Source: Sminthopsis crassicaudata (Eukaryota). From it: 64,000 nt of DNA. The DNA is taken from NCBI RefSeq assembly GCF_048593235.1, contig NC_133618.1:389502562-389566561 (forward strand), in the 5' to 3' direction. Below, in pieces: positions 19,081 to 34,929 of this stretch. The notes below the pieces were generated by a model that was not told where the DNA came from, ran no database searches, and saw only the letters and a list, made by a program, of their open reading frames with translations. A program made the translations under genes and the position numbers. How positions within the stretch are numbered: position 1 is the stretch's first letter; every line of letters begins with the position of its first letter.

Positions 19081-19414
19081 ATGGAAACCTAATATTTATT
19101 AGAAATTCAAACTTAAAAAAAAATAAATTCAAACTTTAAAGGAGCAAATGACCATTGCACAAAGAATGGAATTTTATTTTGTTTTAAGAATATAGACGAT
19201 CTATAATAATGATAAAGTGAATCTGGTTGTAATATGGCCTGATAGGTTGATAGAGGTGATATAATAATTTTCCACATCTATCAATAACCAGTATTCACAG
19301 AAGATAATAAATCACAATTCTAATCTTTCTCTTCCAAATTTCACTAATTCAGCGACTCCTTAATTCTTTTATGAGAAGTGTTATGAAAAAAGATGAAGTT
19401 ATTCTTTAAAGCAC

Positions 19415-19435
19415 TTGGTGGCGCTGCAGGCTAAG
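19415..19435 (+). promoter_or_regulatory. CSE / CTCF-type site (gene 4)
   Basis: TTGGTGGCGCTGCAGGCTAAG, CGCT at 19422-19425, 215 bp upstream of ATG 19637. Confidence 0.9.
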
Positions 19436-19609
19436 AAAGCGAGGAAGAGCCCAGCTTTCCAATAGAACAAAAGCAGAATTGGGGGAAAAAAAAACTCATA
19501 CAAGGGGACGTTTTGTAAAGGAAGAGCTGAGAGTTCAAACCTGAGCTTCCAGAGACAGCAATCCACGTTTGGCAATTGGAATTAGAAAGAAAAGGCAAAA
19601 TTTCTTTGA

Positions 19610-21955
<2,346 letters not shown>

Positions 21956-23237
21956 AAACAACTACATTCTTATTAAAGTATTATAACTGATCAACAGAAA
22001 CTTAATATTGTCATTTTGTAAAAGCTTTTTTCCTGCTATTTCATGAATCTTTTATTTTTGCCTAGGAGAGGAAACTTTAAATTTAATAAAGAAAGTCCTT
22101 TTAAGATGGTGCAAATTATTATTGGTCCTGAAAGTTTTTTCAATGATCTTGGTTTTTGTAAAGTATCTGGTAGCTGATTAATTGGATATGTAATAGTCCA
22201 CATTGTTTGCACAATGTGAATGTTGTTTTATAATTATATTCTATCCAAAAGAGTAAAATGAGAAAATAGATTGTTTCCTTTGAAATTTCAAATATTAGCT
22301 TTAAAACTCATATCTCAAAATTTATTTAGATGTTTTTCTTTCTATTTATCTTTGAGTTTAACTTTCACTATAGGATCTCATTTATCAAGCTAATGATTAT
22401 GAGACTCTTTCTCCTCCTACATTGAATATGCTATCTATAATTTAAATTTCTGCCACAATTAAATATAAGAGCAACTCCTGAGTAATGGCCAATAAATGCT
22501 AGGCTTCTCATAGAGGCAGAGTTAACTACAATCAGATTTACCTATAAGCAAAATTAATTGTATTTTTCTCTTATATATTAAATTAACAATACTTTCATGA
22601 TAGCTAATTAACAATATTATGATTTTATATTGGAAAGAATTATGAGTAAAGTATGGCACAAAGCTTAAAGAAATGGGAATTTTAATAACTGATTATTCTA
22701 TCCCTACTTTTTCCTCCCAGACCTAAGTAAAGATGAACTTTTAACCCATTCTTAACTCACTTTAATTCAGTAAATTCAGCCATTGAAATATACATGCAAA
22801 TATTTACATTCCAGTAAAATCTGGCTCTAACATTTTAGTTTTCAGGTTGATTATATGTAAATATTCCTTACAGTGGTTTTTGTCAAACCCTTCAAAATAG
22901 CTATAAATTTATTTTAAGAAGTTTTGTTCTTAATCCTTTCAATTAATTTTATGGACATTTCAAAGAAAGTCTCTAAACTGCCTGCTGAGGGAAAATCTCA
23001 GTTTCTTCTATACGACCTGAATATGCCAAAATATAGAAGAGACATTAACACTATCTCCTTATTTAGATACAGAGAACCTGAATCAATCTATGCTAAGTTA
23101 TTAATTTTTCTAAAGACCAGATTGTATTCCTTTCAATTCTCTCTTCAACAGATAGTTTGAAAATTCTATAAATTAGTCTTTGATAGTTACATAGTCTAAA
23201 TTCTGATATAATTAGTTTTCAAATAGCTCTGCCTAGT

Positions 23238-23262
23238 TGTGTGTGTGTGTGTGTGTGTGTGT
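23238..23262. repeat. (TG)n microsatellite
   Basis: Direct reading. Confidence 0.95.
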
Positions 23263-25225
23263 GAATTCCTATATTTTGCAAACAAGCAAATAAACAAGAA
23301 GCAATCCAGTTAAATGGAACACAAGTACATGATAGACGTATACTAAAATTTCTCTGCAATCATTACTTTTTAAAATCATGGGTTATATGTGTGACCATTT
23401 AATCATACAAAACGGAGAGACCTGCTATAAATGTTGATTTACTTTCCTCCTATCTTCTAGAGTAGTTTTTGTGAATGGTATTTGCATCTAAATTATGTCA
23501 ACACATTTTATATTTCTTTTACTTTTTTGTCTTTCTTTTTTTTATTTTATTTTCAAAATACATACAAAGATAATTTTCAACACCCACCCTTGCAAAACTT
23601 TCTATTATGAGTTTTTATATTTGTGATGTGAAATGAAGACTAAAATCAGCCTTTTCCAAAACAAATCCCTGTGCCATAGCCCACATTCTCCTCCTGAAAG
23701 AAGCTTTTGGCCCAACTCTAAATGAATGTTTTAACCCTCTATTTATTCTTCAATGTGTTCATTGATCTACAATCTCTAAATATCTGAACTAAAATGGCAA
23801 GTGGCATAATCAGTAAGTTAATGCAGTCAAATCCTTAGCTATTGAAAAAAAAATTATCATGCTCTGGAAAAATCTAGCTTGGATTTCAACTTCTGTGTAT
23901 ATGTTATATGTTATCTTTATTACAAAATAACTAACTGCTTTTTTATCCTATTTTTGTTTTCATTTTATTTAGCTTTTTAATATTTGTAAATATTACCTCC
24001 TTTTAAAAATATCAACAAGTGTTATTGCTACTAATGTAACCTCAATTCATTGTTTTATTTTGCCTACAACATTGTTCTGCTTTGCATGAAAACTTTATAA
24101 TAGGATTGAATAGAATTTAATCAAATTTGTCGTGTTGTCATTTCTATTTCAATTATCATTATGAAGCAATTTGCAAAAGTATAATGGTAATTTGATGGAT
24201 ATTTCAGTTCAATGGCAAGAACTAAGATAATTTATTTTTGCAAAATTGATTTCAATTATGTCTTCAAACACCACCTTTTGTGATTTTTATGGAAAGGTTT
24301 TCAAGAACAGCAGTTAATTTTAATCTGGGTTATTCATTTGTCTAGTTGTACGTAATTAAATTTGATGTGGAGTGATAAACAGTTTGCATATTTCACCTGT
24401 ATAGCTCTAGCCTTAAAATGCATCAACACTGACAAATTGAAATGAACCTAAATTATGAAAAACATAACTCATTTTGCTAATTCCCTTCTAATAAATTGAT
24501 TAAATTAAGTGATAAGTCTGATTTTGTTGACATGAAGATAGTTGTTTTGTGATATTTTCAGTTAAAGGTACATCTTGACATCATCTTTCTACTAGCTTTG
24601 TGTTGTTTTGCCTAAATAATCAAATTACAAACTCATGGAATTCTTTCTCTATATACTCAGAACAAGTTTGTATACTCTGCAGATTCCTTTACTCAGTGGG
24701 TGTATTGCTTTTGAAAGTGAACTTTCAGTTTTCTGCCTCATTCCTAAATGAAGTCCTGGATTTTTAGTACTTTTCATGGTGAAAATAGAGGAAAAATTTT
24801 ATGTGATGTTCTTTTAAGATGAGCAACTTTTATAAAGAGGCCAACTAATATTAGCAAAATGCAGTGGAGAATGGAGTCAACAGTGATCTTTATAAATCAG
24901 AATGCGGAGTAGTCAGGTATTTCTTTTCCTTGATGTTATTTTTATGTCAGAATTTAAATATCCTTGGAAAACATCTCCTCTCTCTTCGGTTTCCCTCAAC
25001 CCCCATAGTGATCTTCAATTCATTATATATAAAAGGAATTGGTCGGACTAAAATCACTAGATGGTCTTCAAAATACCTTCGAATTCTAACATTTAAATGA
25101 GTGTATAGTCTCTCAATTTCCCTGAATTCAGGATTTGATATGATTTTTTTTCTCCAAATGTGATACTAATTTATCCAGGAGATCTGAAAGGAATTTTAAA
25201 AGGTGGAGTTTATGATTAGGGACTC

Positions 25226-25246
25226 ATGGTGGCGCTGCAGGCTCAG
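25226..25246 (+). promoter_or_regulatory. CSE / CTCF-type site (gene 5)
   Basis: ATGGTGGCGCTGCAGGCTCAG, CGCT at 25233-25236, 215 bp upstream of ATG 25448. Confidence 0.88.
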
Positions 25247-25423
25247 AAGACAAACTCCACTACCCAGAGAAAACAGGACCTGCAAGAACAGTCAGAAAGA
25301 GAAGGCTTTCTCAGGCGTTTCTCAGACTTGGAGCTACCAGTAAGGACGAGCAGAAAATAGAAATAACTAGCTCAGAATTACTTCAGACAAGAAGAAAGAA
25401 TTGATTTATAAGGAATATAATAA

Positions 25424-27840
<2,417 letters not shown>

Positions 27841-29309
27841 GAATTCTTCAACTTATATTTAACATGTAAATTGTGTAAAATTTAGCTATTTCTGTGACTA
27901 GCTGCTTAGATACTAAAATTTCCTAGATCTGTGGTCTTTACACATGTGCTCAACAATTTGATTCCTAATAGTCAGTACTGGATCCACGTCATAGACAGAA
28001 AAACTTTTTACTGGTAATTTTCCTTAACAGAAATTTTAGCTAGCTAACAAGTTGAATATATAGTATTCTTACATTTATGTAGTCTGCCTGTCAATGTTGA
28101 CTTTTAAATTCTATTCAATTTTTAAGTAATAAAGTGGAAAGTTGAATTATTTTCCCCTCTTAATTTTTTTAAATTAGATTTTTTTGGGGGTTAATTTCAG
28201 CTTTAGAACGTTTGTATACTTTCCCTCAATATCTATATATCTGTATGTTTACCTTGTACTTCATAGGTTTGGGTTTGTGAAGTCAGTACCCTTGCAGAAG
28301 TTTACTTCTTTAATAGGCTAATTGATTTTAGAAGTGAGTTGCCTGTTTTAAATAATAGATTAACTTCATTAATTTAGTACTTCCTTCTGAAAATGGTATC
28401 AATCACAGGAAAGATTTATTTTTTTACTATATTTGGGAATTCCAACAACCTTACTCCAAAAAAGCAGTATGTATAAATGATACCCCATCTAGGCTCAAAA
28501 AGATGAAGAGATTTGCTTATGGTCACCAAAATTAATTAACCTCAATTTCAGCTCTTTCTGAGTCTTTATCCAGTATTTTACCCACAATGCTATTCTTTCA
28601 AACTATCTCTCAGAAATGATTATTGTTCTCAAAAATGAGTTACCTGCCTTTTTTTTTTTTGTATTTAAGTTTCAGAAATTGAAATAGAAGTTTAAAATTA
28701 AATGGCCTTGTAAAAGGAATATCTGTTAAGGAATTAAAACTGGTTGTAGCATAGCAAGAGTGGGGAAAATAGGAGCTTGTAGTGGCTTGGATTAATGAAG
28801 ATCTATTGCTATTTCAACTGAGTCCTTCCTTGATCTGAAATTAAACGTGATACATCTTTAAGCTTTCTCTGGTCTTAGTTTCACCATCTATAATAAAGAA
28901 AAATTTGAACTATATGAACTACAGCAGTGTGCAAATTTATTGAGACAACCAATAATTTTGATAAGGTTCCATTTTGTAACAGTAATGGTTATATTGTGTA
29001 CTCAGTAAGCTAACTCAGACCTTGACCAGAAAAAAAAAACAAAAAACAAAACTTAATTGAGCTGAACTTTAGGTTTCTATCAGTTGAGTGTGGAATTTCA
29101 TTTCATATATGAATATTTCATTACTGCTTTTGATTAGTGTTAAATGCTATGGTTTTAAAGTATGGCTATTGCCCAAAGAAATGAAGAAAAGTCACAGCTC
29201 TTAAAAAACACATTTCAGTGGCTTAGAGATATTACAGTGTCTATTGGTATTGAAAAGGCAAACATTTCAAGAATCACCTATGGTCATAATAAGTAAGAAT
29301 CAGTCACAT

Positions 29310-29620
29310 TTATTTTTTTTTATTTTCATTTTCCCTAGTTATATGTAAACAAAATGCCAACTTTTTTTTGGTTATACATTATATATATTCTTATGAAGCA
29401 TATTGGGAAAGAAAAATCAGAACAAAAGGGAAAAGCCATGAGAGAAAATAAAACAGAAGAAAAAGAAAAAAAGCAAACATAGCATGTGTTGATTTACATT
29501 GAGTCTCCCTACTTCTCTTTTTGATGTGGATGATGCTTTACATCCAAAGTTTATTGAGGTTGATTTGGATCACTAAACTATTGAAAAGAACCAAGTCTGT
29601 CATAGTTGATCAACGAACAA
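29310..29620 (-). mobile_element. Older L1 3'-end fragment
   Basis: Poly-T start and GGATCACT...GTTGATCA blocks resembling reverse L1 3' UTR; boundaries approximate. Confidence 0.5.
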
Positions 29621-29649
29621 TCAACGCACTAAAATGTGATTGAATTAAA

Positions 29650-29651
<2 letters not shown>

Positions 29652-29692
<41 letters not shown>
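29652..29692. repeat. (CA)n microsatellite
   Basis: Direct reading. Confidence 0.95.
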
Positions 29693-29696
<4 letters not shown>

Positions 29697-30667
29697 TACA
29701 CACACCCACACCTGACCCATTATTTCAGAAAAAATAATCCAATTAATTCTGAGAAAAAAAGCAGACATTCAACAGGACATAGCCTTTAGAGAGGTTGTTA
29801 TCAGTTTCTTAACAATTCAGCACAGGCTTCTTCTTAAAATTGGAATAAGAGTATGAACATCAGGGGGAAACCAGTAACTAATGCTGTGAAGAACACATGT
29901 TTGTTATATGCAAGATAATAAGTTTCAAATATTAAGGAAAGTTCATTTTGACTAATAAAGCTCACTTTTTCATTGAAGGCTATGCCAAAACTATTATCAG
30001 AAAAGTATAGGGAAGCCTGAGTTATCTAGATATCTTCAGATTGTGAGACATCCACCAAAATTGTTTAGAGAGGTTTTTTTTTTAATTTTTTATTTTTTTA
30101 CTTTAAGGAGTCATAGATATTTTTATCCTCAGAGAAAATTAAAATTCTTTTAGATATATTGATATACCACAATACAGAATAATTTCAGAATGGCAGAAAT
30201 TCCAAAATAAAAATGAGACATTAAAACGTTTCTTTACACCACCACACAGATAATGAATGATAAAAATATTTATTCAAGAAATGGATAAACATCCTTTTTG
30301 GGCATTTCAACCCTCTAGATAAGTATAGTTTTTAAAATATCTATTGTGTTAAATGTGGTTTCAAGATGAAAAATTATGGAATGTATAAAATGTTATGAAC
30401 TCAATTCTAAACAATGCAAAACCAGTTGTTGCAATAACAATAAGAAATTTTCAGTGTTAAAAGTTTTTAAAGTTATAGAACTTATGTATTAAACAAATTT
30501 AATTATTTTCTTAAGTATTAATTATTTCTTATTAAATAATTCCCCAAATTATGTATAATATCCTTTTAGTTCTAAAACTTTGGATGCCTTCATCTTGTAA
30601 TTTGTAAGAATTCCTTCATTTTGTAAAGACAAAATTTGGAACAAATTTCAAATTTAAAAAATATTTT

Positions 30668-30836
30668 GGGGGCAGCTATGTGGCACAGTAGATAGAGCAG
30701 CAGCCTTGAATTCAGGGGGGACCTGAGTTCAAATTTGGTTTCAGACATTTAACACTTCCTAGCTGTGTGACCCTGGGCAAGTCTCTTAACCCCAGCCTCA
30801 GGGAAAAATAAATAAATAAATAAATAAAATAAAAAA
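30668..30836 (+). mobile_element. Marsupial CORE-SINE (WSINE1-like) with (AAAT)n tail
   Basis: Colinear with the SINE at 14887; ends in AAATAAATAAAT. Confidence 0.85.
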
Positions 30837-30844
30837 TATTTCTC

Positions 30845-31416
30845 TGTAAGGGTCCTTTAAATGGGCGGCCACAGCACAACAGGAGATTTGAGTGGCCCAG
30901 AAGTAATCTCTGTGGATAAAGGCAGCCCTGTGAGTGGGATCCTGGCCATATTGAAATAGCTTTGTAATGGGTGAGGCTCTCTCGCTGGTTGGCTGTGTGT
31001 GTGTCTTCACAGGCCCTTTATAAGCTCACTGCTTGCAGCCAGTCGCTCTCTTTAACCTGGCTCCCTAGCCAGGGGTAGCTGAGCCAAGCTGATGGATAGC
31101 CCAGAGAGGTAAGGAATTTGGTAGTGAACACATGGATCTTCAGACCAGGTATTCACTAAGGAGTTAACAAGTCATGGCATTACGTCAGGGCATTATGTGA
31201 GTAGGTATAATAAAGGCTTTTAAGATTACACGTGGCTGTTCTTAAGTGTGTTATTGGTTATTAAACTATAGATTCAAGAAATTGTGGCCAGAGACCTTTG
31301 AAGGCCTCAGAGGAGGCGAGCCTGGTAGAATTGACACTGCAAAGGTCAGTGGTCAAAGGTACTCTGTTGGGCCTAGGACAGACTAGTAATAGTAACTGCT
31401 AGGAGGGCATGTTACA
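30845..31416 (+). mobile_element. Solo LTR, 572 bp, 6-bp TSD TTTCTC
   Basis: TGTAAG...GTTACA termini; TTTCTC at 30839-30844 and 31417-31422; TTTATAA at 31017-31023; AATAAA at 31209-31214. Confidence 0.9.
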
Positions 31417-31550
31417 TTTCTCTCCTTGCCTTAAAGAATATTATTAGTTCAGACATCAGGATTGTTTTGAATACTTAATAAATAATGTGATTTAAAGAGT
31501 GAAAAAAATAGTGATTTTAAAAGAGTGTTAATTAAAAAAAAAAAAAAAAA

Positions 31551-31750
31551 GAACTCCTACATCTGCATCCAGAGAGATGACTATAGAGACTATAAATTAA
31601 CACATGCTATGTTCACTTTTTTCCTTTTTTTCTGTTTTTTCCTCTTGTGTTCTTTACCCTTTGTTCTGATTTTTCTCTCCCAAGATGATTTATAAAGAAA
31701 TGTGTATTTAAAAAATGAATGTACATGTATAACCAGGAAAAAATAAAACA
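31551..31750 (+). mobile_element. L1 3' UTR fragment
   Basis: ACATCTGCATCCAGAGAGATGACTATAG resembles CCATCTACACCCAGAGAGAGGACTATAG in the L1 at 16920-16950. Confidence 0.6.
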
Positions 31751-32391
31751 ATTTTTAAAAACATCCTAGCATAGAACATAATTAGAAAATTCATGTTGAT
31801 ATTTTTTCAAATTCCAAATTCTTCTGCTCTCAAAAATTCCTAATATACAATAAAAATACCCTTTGAAATAGAAGCTGAAAACAAATTTGTAAGGATATGT
31901 GTGTATGTATACACGAATGTAATTTTAGAGTAAACTGAATTATTACATATGGACTTCTCAAGTGCACATGAGAAGTATAAAATGCAGCTTTCATGTAACT
32001 ATTGATCAGATAAATTAAATTCAAGAAGAATATTAATATTACATTTTGAGCATAAAATTTATATTACCTAAGTGAGTTTTGACAAGTTATTGCTGAAACA
32101 GATTTAAAGTATGTAATTTGTAGTTGCATAGTATGAGAATTAAGAAGGCATTTTAAATTACCTTTGACAAGTGTACTGTAATACACTACATTACAGAGAA
32201 AATAGAATTTGAAGGACACACTAAAAGAAAAGCTTTTGAAGGATTTAGTGGCAATGAAATATTACCTGTAAGAAACCAAAAATTCAGAATTCCTTAAAGC
32301 AAAAACAAACAAATAAATAAATAAATGGATGGATGAATGAATGAATGAGGTTACTGGGGGGGAATGTGGTTGATTGTGCCAGTATCTGTTT

Positions 32392-34362
32392 TTGAAAATT
32401 GCTCTTCATTAATACACAATTGAACAGACAATTGATATTCCTTGTTGCGCTGTTTCTGGTCTAAAGCAACTTTAGAGCTGGAAAATTCAGTAGCTGGGGA
32501 AATGAGAAGAGCTGCCTTTATAGCCAATATGATCAAGGCTTTTCATTTATTAGTGGTGGACATGGTGGGAGTGGGTGAGGTGGGCACAGTAAGGGAGATT
32601 TAGTTCTAAAAGAGAAACTGGATGGGCAAGAACTTCATGGCACCTCCAATCCTACCTGAACTATGGGTGCTAGGTAGAAATCAACATCATACTATTTTCT
32701 TGGATGTGGAGATGTTCCTGAAAATATCAGGAATGATGAAAAAGTAAGATACATTTGCTGAAGATTACTAAAGATATGAATACTGAATGAATAGAATCCC
32801 AACTTGCATAGTCAGTACCAATTCTCATGACCTCAAATTCTCATCCTCAAGGATGGCTTTCTTCTGAAAACTAATGTTAAAGAACTGGATCAGAAGGAAC
32901 AGCTGAAATGAGATTTTAACTTTCACAGTAATAAATGATGGGGCTTCATTTAGATGTGAGAAGCTTCCCAACCGAGATGTAGATTGAGGATGACATTGAA
33001 AATGCCCCCATGTTTATGGTATGAAATATGGATTCCTGAAAATGCCTCCACTGGCTCTCTTCTTGTGATTGTCTTGGCTATAGAGTTGGACTTCTGTAGA
33101 TATGTATTGTGTTCCAAGCTTGACATGAAGTTAATCAAAACATTTGAAGAAAATTCATATCTCTAAAGAAATCTGACTGAAAAAAATTACTTGACTTCAA
33201 GGCAATTCAGAAATATGGCATATTTATTGAGACCATAGAACTTTGGCCTTTTTCAAGAAAATGTTTGGTTTTGATTTTAAGTGAAAGGTCAGAGTGAAAA
33301 GACCATATCATCATTGACTGGCTCCACTTTTGAGAACTTGACTGAGACTATAGTCACTGATTTTTACATACATAATCTAGATTCAAGGGACAATGGGAGG
33401 ACAGTTTGCTTTATCCAAGAATATCTTCCTTTTATTCTAAAATGAGAGTTGAGAAACTTCTATACTCTCATAACAGAGGCAGCAGAATACAGACAACCTG
33501 TCCGAATAAAACATTATTATTACTATATCAATATGGGAGATTCCTAGGCTCAAAACTTAACATAATGTCAGTGCTCATCTCCAATGACAACTCACCAGTG
33601 TCTATACATATAACCTATAAGTATCATCTTGCTGCATCTCCTATTAAAGATGTGTCTTCTTTTCTTTACTTCAACTCAAAATAGAAAGTTTTCTTTTTTA
33701 AGATGAGTGAGCTATTGAGACATCCAAACTTTTCATTTCTCTGTAAGGATAACTGATGACAGCTTGCTGGTTCTGTGCCAGATGTTGGTTTAGGTTGTAG
33801 TTCTGGATGATAATACCTCTCCTTTGTATCCACTTCAGAATAGCACATCTCCCTGAAATGACTTGGTACTTGAGAACAGAAACAAGTTACCAAGGTGGTG
33901 GCTATGGATGGGAACTTGAGGGAGAATTCCTCACTTTAATGACAGCTACTCAAGTCCATGGATTTCTAGACTCATCACTGTGTGGGCCAATAACAAGAAA
34001 TTAAACTCATTAGTGAGAGATGCCATCAAGCAAAGATTGGTGGTACTGCTGAATGAACTGACTACAGTGGCCTGCTAGATGACTTTTCTGAATTCTATAT
34101 GCAGCTCCAAAAATCAGCTAAAGAATTAGCTAGCTCAAGTTCATGTTCTATCAGATAATTTCCTCCTTTGTGCTTATTGTCATTGTAGTCTTATTCATAA
34201 CCTTTCCCTTCTAGAGGAGTAAAAGGGACAACTGAAATGGTGGAAAATGGAGGCAAGTCAACATTCCAGGCTACTAGAAGATAACAGCATTGTCCCAGAG
34301 TTACTAATATGAAATGTAGCTGACTTTTGGCTCAGAATCTACAAATATAATTCTTGAAGCCT
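32392..34362 (+). pseudogene. Heavily decayed PCDHB pseudogene
   Basis: Remnants in correct order: NRQLIFL signal peptide (~32420), GKFSVAGEM..FIAN (~32480), LVLKEKLD (~32600), YEIWIPENASTGSL (~33020), PRLKT (~33545), TKVVAMD (~33890), AIKQRLVVL (~34020), SQSY (~34290), FLKP (34351-34362). Many stops and indels. Confidence 0.85.
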
Positions 34363-34425
34363 GGCTAGCTCAGTTGGTAGAGCATGAGACTCTTAATCTC
34401 AGGGTCGTGGGTTCATTGGGCACCA
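34359..34425 (+). tRNA. tRNA-Lys(CTT) pseudocopy with encoded 3' CCA and a 9-nt T-arm deletion
   Basis: GCCTGGCTAGCTCAGTTGGTAGAGCATGAGACTCTTAATCTCAGGGTCGTGGGTTCA---TTGGGCACCA; anticodon CTT at 34392-34394. It differs from the vertebrate tRNA-Lys-CTT sequence only by four CpG transitions and the deletion. Non-functional. Confidence 0.9.
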
Positions 34426-34427
34426 TA

Positions 34428-34929
34428 TGTTAAGTGCCATTCTCACACTTAATTAATGCTAATCAATCCTTATTCCTAGGCCTGATCAGAGAGACTCTGG
34501 TAAATATAGTATCAACCTTACCTCTGTTTTGGAGTCCTCAGAAGTCCTCCAGCTGCTATCTTATATGGACGAAGTTTGAGCACAATAGAGCACCTGAGAG
34601 TTTTGGCACACAAGCTTAGACATTATTCACGTGGTTTACACCTCACTCTATGACCTCCTGCACTACCTTGGTATTGCTCCCCAAGGTCAAACTCCAAATG
34701 GAGAAAGAGATGGAAAAGAGAGAGAATCCTTCCTCTTCTGAGCTTATATAGGGTCTCTGACGTCACAGGTACAAGCTAATCGATGATGAAGATTACATCC
34801 CGAACTTGAGATTTCAGAGTGAGATTTTAGGATTCCTGCCATGGCTGGAGGTCCCACTCACAAAGGAAGTCCCTATGTACTCAACTCCAATCACATCTGG
34901 GGACCTCAGAGACTATTAACTTACTTACA
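34428..34929 (-). mobile_element. LTR (~502 bp) whose U5 end abuts the tRNA-Lys copy at the PBS position
   Basis: Minus-strand termini TGTAAGT...ACTTAACA, GATTGG box, TGACGTCA (34758-34765), TATATAA (34744-34750); then a 2-nt spacer and TGGTGCCCAA, a tRNA-Lys PBS start. Confidence 0.75.

Noticed and set aside
34359-34425. Functional tRNA-Lys gene
   Set aside because: The T-arm/B-box region is broken by a 9-nt deletion, CCA is encoded, CpG decay is present and no oligo-T terminator follows.
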